Below, one piece after another: positions 52,301-64,000 of a stretch of 64,000 bases of DNA (its first letter is position 1; every line of letters begins with the position of its first letter). The translations under genes were made by a program, and so were the position numbers. The notes beneath the pieces are model-generated. The model saw only the letters and a list, made by a program, of their open reading frames with translations, had not been told where the DNA came from and made no database searches. This DNA comes from the human T2T-CHM13v2.0 reference genome, Homo sapiens. The stretch lies in assembly GCF_009914755.1 (NCBI RefSeq), contig NC_060938.1. One strand, given 5' to 3'.

Positions 52301-53293
52301 CCTGTGACTGAGCTAGTACCTAAGGTGCAAGACAAAGTCCCTTTTCTTTTTCCTCCTCTTTTCTCAAGCAGAAGGAGTCTCTCCCCATAGCTACCATACC
52401 TTGGAATGTGCTGAGTCTCAGTTGAAGCCAGCAAGTCTCAGAATCTCACCTAAGTCCCATGGTGTACTACCTAGGTATTGCTGCTGGTTATTCAGGGTTC
52501 AAGGGGTCTTTAGTCAGAAGGTGATGGGTCATCCCAGGGCTGGGTGATTCTCTTCAAGGCAGTGGGTTTCCTTTTGGCCTAGGATGTGTCTAGAAATGTT
52601 ATCTGGGAGTCAGGGCCTGGAATGGGGGACTCATGACTCTGATTGTTGTCTTATCCTACTGTTGCTGAGCTGGTATCCAAGATGCAAGACAAATATCCTC
52701 ATCATTCTTCTTTCTCCTCTCCTCAAGTGAAAGAAAGGGGTCTCTTTTGGAGTCATGAGCTATGCAGCCTGAGGTTGGGGGGTGGGTGGAACCCTGGCAG
52801 GTATCTGAGTATGTCTCATGCCCCTGAAGTCCACTAGTTCTGAGCCCAATTCAGCGCCAGAACTCACCTAGAAATTGCAGTCCTTGTGGCCTAGGGTACC
52901 TTTCAAGTTTATAGGCCCTGAGCAAATTAGCCCACAGTGGCAAGGCTTGCTGGAACTCAAGTTCTGACCACTGGGATGTGCAATTTCCCTCTTGATAGGC
53001 CTGGTTTAAATAATATTTCATGGACAGGCATCAGCTGAGTTCATCCAGGTTTTGCTTTCTGCTGTGACAAGGCAGCACTGAGTTTAATGTAATGTCTCAC
53101 AGTTGCTGCACTTTTCCTCTCCCAAGAGCACAAATTCTCTGTGCTGTGTGGCTGTTGCCAGGAGATGGGGGAAGGGTGGCAGTGGTGATTTGAGACTCTT
53201 TCCTACCATCTTCAATGCCTCTTTCATCGATATGAAGTTAAAACTAGGTACTGTGAGTGCTTACCTGATTTTTTGGTTCTTATAAAGGTGCTC

Positions 53294-53295
<2 letters not shown>

Positions 53296-53326
<31 letters not shown>

Positions 53327-53332
53327 TGTGTG
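53296..53332. repeat. (TG)n microsatellite in L1MA 5' UTR
   Basis: Direct reading. Confidence 0.95.
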
Positions 53333-53574
53333 TAGATAGTTGCTAAATTGGTGTTTTTGCAGAGGGAATAATTGGTGTAGCCTTCTATTCAGGCATCTTG
53401 CTGTGTCCTGCTTTTCAAGATACAGATATTTGGGTGGTATAAGTAATATATGAGTGAAAAATCAGTAGCCATCAAGGATATTATTATACAGTAGGGCTCA
53501 ACTAAAAATTAAACAGCTGATATCTTTTGCAATGTGAGATCTCACAATAATAAGTATAGACTAATGATGTTAAC

Positions 53575-53785
53575 AATAATAATAGCTTATGGTTTGATTT
53601 TCACTTTATTCCAGACTGTGATCTAAGAGTTCTATATCTATAAACCTATTTAATCATCATCAGGTATACTGATAGTAGCCCCTGTTTACAGTGAATGCAC
53701 AGACATGTCACAAGGTCACATAGCAATGTCAGAGAATGGCCAAGAAGGGATTCAGACCCAGGCTTTACAGCCCATGCTTCCAAAC
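53575..53785 (-). mobile_element. MIR
   Basis: aataatagctta...tttaatcatca...caaggtcacatagc...ggattcagacccaggc. Confidence 0.7.
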
Positions 53786-54186
53786 ATTTCAGTGTGTCAA
53801 TAAACATGGAATTTGAAATCTGATTATTATACCAATGACTACCAAGACTGAAGTATATCCAATTCTCAAATGAATTATACATCCATTTATCTCTTGGTCC
53901 CCTTCCCTTTTCTCACTGCCACAGAAAAATTATAATTTTTAATAGTTATTAATAATCAAATTTTATCCTTAGTATTATACTTAGACCTCCTGGAACCTCA
54001 TCTCCACTCCAAGACAATGCTTGAACTAGACCCTTTTATGCAGAGTGAGGTTACCAATAGACTGGGAAGATTAGCTCTGAATACAAAAAAGAGATGAAGG
54101 GTGGCTTCTGGGTCAATTGCATGGAGTATTCCAGAAAGTTAGAAACAAATCATAGTAGGTTATTCAAAGTCCTAAGTTATAATCTT

Positions 54187-55050
54187 TTTTTTTTAAGTTT
54201 TTTTTTCTTTTATTATTATACTTTAAGTTTTAGGGTACATATGCACATTGTGCAGGTTAGTTACATATGTATACATGTGCCATGCTGGTGCGCTGCACCC
54301 ACTAACTTGTCATCTAGCATTAGGTATATCTCCCAGTGCTATCCCTCCCCCCTCCCCCCACCCCACAACAGTCCCCAGAGTGTGATGTTCCCCTTCCTGT
54401 GTCCATGTGATCTCATTGTTCAATTCCCACCTATGAGTGAGAATATGCGGTGTTTGGTTTTTTGTTCTTGCGATAGTTTACTGAGAATGATGATTTCCAA
54501 TTTCATCCATGTCCCTACAAAGGACATGAACTCATCCTTTTTTATGGCTGCATAGTATTCCATGGTGTATATATGCCACATTTTCTTAATCCAGTCTATC
54601 ATTGTTGGACACTTGGGTTGGTTCCAAGTCTTTGCTATTGTGAATAATGCCGCAATAAACATACGTGTGCATGTGTCTTTATAGCAGCATGATTTATAGT
54701 CCTTTGGGTATATACCCAGTAATGGGATGGCTAGGTCAAATGGTATTTCTAGTTCTGGATCCCTGAGGAATCGCCATTACAAGAAAAAAACAAACAACCC
54801 CATCAAAAAGTGGGCGAAGGACATGAACAGACACTTCTCAAAAGAAGACATTTATGCAGCCAAAAAACACATGAAAAAATGCTCATCATCACTGGCCATC
54901 AGAGAAATGCAAATCAAAACCACAATGAGATACCATCTCACACCAGTTAGAATGGCAATCATTAAAAAGTCAGGAAACAACAGGTGCTGGAGAGGATGTG
55001 GAGAAATAGGAACACTTTTACACTGTTGGTGGGACTGTAAACTAGTTCAA
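54187..55050 (-). mobile_element. Young L1 (L1PA2-like), 5'-truncated with twin-priming inversion
   Basis: Perfect 16-bp TSD cctaagttataatctt (54171-54186 / 55051-55066); antisense 54187-54776, sense 54777-55050; 3' UTR has gatgacaagttag (GAG-type with CpG decay, not Ta ACA). Confidence 0.95.
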
Positions 55051-55164
55051 CCTAAGTTATAATCTTACACTATTTAATCAAGCTGTTCATTTGTGCAGGT
55101 TACTAAACCTCTTCTCTGATATTTCCTAGACAATAAAATGGAGATGCTAATACTTAACTAGTGG

Positions 55165-55620
55165 CTTAATTATTCATTTTATAAATGTATTTTGAGCATC
55201 TATTATGTCCAGGAGTACATTAAACCAATCATGTTTGGGCCCTCACTCAACTTACAGTCCAGTTGAGAAGACAGAAAAAGTATAAGCAAATCAATAATTT
55301 CAAAGAATGATAAGTACTCTGAAAGAAATTCAAGAACAATGGGATGAAGTGAATAGTGGGAGAGGTCAGAGATAACTTATTAGTTAAATGAAATTTGGAC
55401 TGACAAATAAATGATGTGATGGAACTGATACAATAATGATGAGAGAGAAGACAGCAGAAACAGAAGGAATAGCCTGGGGAAAAGCATCAAGGTGGGGATG
55501 CACTTTACATACAGAAAATACAAAAACAGGCCAGATAACTCAGATGACATGACCCAGAGGGAGTAAGGAGGGAGGTGAGGTTGAAGAGAAAGCCCAGAGC
55601 CAGACCATATTAGTTGGAAC
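55165..55620 (-). mobile_element. L2 fragment
   Basis: attcattttataaatgtattttgagcatctattatgtccagg; cttacagtccagttgagaagacaga. Confidence 0.7.
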
Positions 55621-57015
55621 TTAGGGTAACATTTGCTGTGAAATCGTGGTATGCATCATTATGTTTTGAGAACATGGTAAATTTATCAACAATTTTATAT
55701 AAAATTTATCTTGGAGAGGATGGGCTAAAGGTGGGTTGCACTAGCCTTCCTTATATGTGGTTATCCTCTGTGTAGCATCAGATGTTATTTTCTTGGCAGT
55801 CCCCATGTTTCCACACATTGACTGTTGTTGCTGCTACCTATACTATCATGCTTATTTTGTGTATTCCCATTTTAGCACTTCACAGAAATCATATAATCTT
55901 AATGCTGGAAGGCCTCCACGGATCAGGTAGGCCAATGTCTTAATTTTACAGATGTGGAGACAGAGACCCAAAAGAGGAAAAGTTTTCAATGCTTTTTGCA
56001 GAACCTCTGCAGTCTCTGTGAGAGTTTTTTTCTTCTGTTTATGAACTTTTAAATCCTTCAGTACTTCTGTGCCTTTAATGGTTCTGGTCATTTCCACATC
56101 CCCAGGGCAAGCATCCTGAATACTGATTCTTTCAGATATTTTGCAAACTCACTTCCCATTTTAAGATGGGACAAGAGCAGTTTCTCCCTAACAACTTGTT
56201 ATTGTACCTGCTTCCGTTCAAATTTAGTTAATTTTCTCATGAATAGTAAAATTTCCAGCACCGTAAGCCAGCTCCTTTTTTCCTGCTCTCCTTCAGGTTA
56301 TGGCTGCTTAGTGAAGCAGAACCCATTTTTTTTTTTTTTGTAGAGACCTGTGGATTTATCAACTGTCTGCAGGAAATGTTCTTATTCACATTGCTCTTTT
56401 TGCCTGAGCTATAAGTTGTTGTAAATGTCTAAAGTCTCTTGCCTGGGTGGGAAAATAAAGTGATCTTTTCTCACTTGCTTAGTCTGACTCCAGCAGTTTG
56501 CACATTTGAAGTGAAACATTGCTTAAATTGTTCCCAGTTTTCTTTGACATTTCCTGAAAGGCAGAGTTTAGGCAGGCTTTTTCTATTATCATTCTTTCTT
56601 TGCTTGTACCATTTCTGGCTGTGTTGAAGGAGATTGATAGACACCAGCATAATATCTCACAAATGGAACTGTTGTTGAGAGACTGTTTCTATGTGTGGCA
56701 CTGGGCTCATTCTACCTGAGTAAACGTTTCTAAACCATTTGCTTCAGGCTTGATTCTCATGTTTGTCAAGTAGAAAGTATTGTTCCACTAGCTCTGGATC
56801 TGAACTCAACTTTTATGAACTTCTTGAAAAAAGGAAATAAAGACTTTAGACATGACATGGTATCTAGTTCACTTATTTATTAAAAATAAAACTTTATAGA
56901 AAATTTGCAAAAAAGTAAATGATATAGAATAGGGAACACATGATGGACCTATGTAGAAAACAAATTACTTGGGTACAACTTCCCAAATAATGCACAATGT
57001 CCCTTTGTATCTTTT

Positions 57016-63725
<6,710 letters not shown>

Positions 63726-64000
63726 TGTCTTGGTCTATTTGTATTGCTCTAAAGGATTACCTGAGGCTACGTAATTTATAAAGAAAAGAGCTTCATTTGG
63801 CTCATGGTTTTGCAAGTTGTACAAAAAGCATGACACCAATATCTGCTTCTGGTAAGGACCTCAGACTGCTTTGACACATGATAGACGGCGAAGGGGAGCC
63901 AGAATATCACATGGTAAGAGGAGAAAGAATGACAAGGGAGAGAGGTGCCAGGCTATTTTTATACCATCAGTTATCACAGGAAGTAAAAGAGTGAGAAGTC
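63726..64000 (-). mobile_element. MST (MSTB-like) LTR inserted in L1 ORF2, cut by window end
   Basis: tgtcttggtctatttgtattgctctaaaggattacctgaggct...taatttataaagaaaagag...ggctcatggtt...ggcgaaggggagcc. Confidence 0.88.

Larger units (their letters stand above)
45461..53414 (-). mobile_element. Essentially full-length L1MA (MA2-4-like), non-coding
   Basis: L1MA 3' UTR tttttgtgggtacagagtaggtgtata; antisense ORF2 and ORF1 remnants; GC-richer 5' UTR ~51500-53410; degenerate TSD 45443-45460 / 53415-53432 (15/18). Confidence 0.92.

Overview
This is primate, most likely human or great-ape, genomic DNA (AluY and an L1PA2-like insertion are present), AT-rich and dominated by transposable-element remnants. 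I see no credible host protein-coding exon, RNA gene or CpG-island promoter. The ORFs in the track are degraded L1, HERV-L or Alu translations, or chance frames. Main contents: (1) a near-complete minus-strand HERV-L provirus with two MLT2A1-type LTRs (11243-17627), carrying gag, protease, RT, RNase H, integrase and dUTPase remnants; (2) a second, much older ERV-L-class gag remnant (~27.6-28.4 kb) that the ORF track misses; (3) at least ten L1 copies of different ages, three with twin-priming 5' inversions and one 5'-complete but internally deleted; (4) several solo LTRs (MLT1, MST, MER57, MER73/74-like), Alus, MIR, L2 and a hAT-Charlie element. The most interesting observations not explained by repeat annotation are the complementary decay of regulatory motifs between the two MLT2A1 LTRs, several short sequences apparently copied from 1-2 kb away (repair or template-switch scars), and a few strong hairpins. 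I found no evidence for a new biological system. Subfamily names come from recalled consensus sequences and need RepeatMasker/Dfam confirmation.
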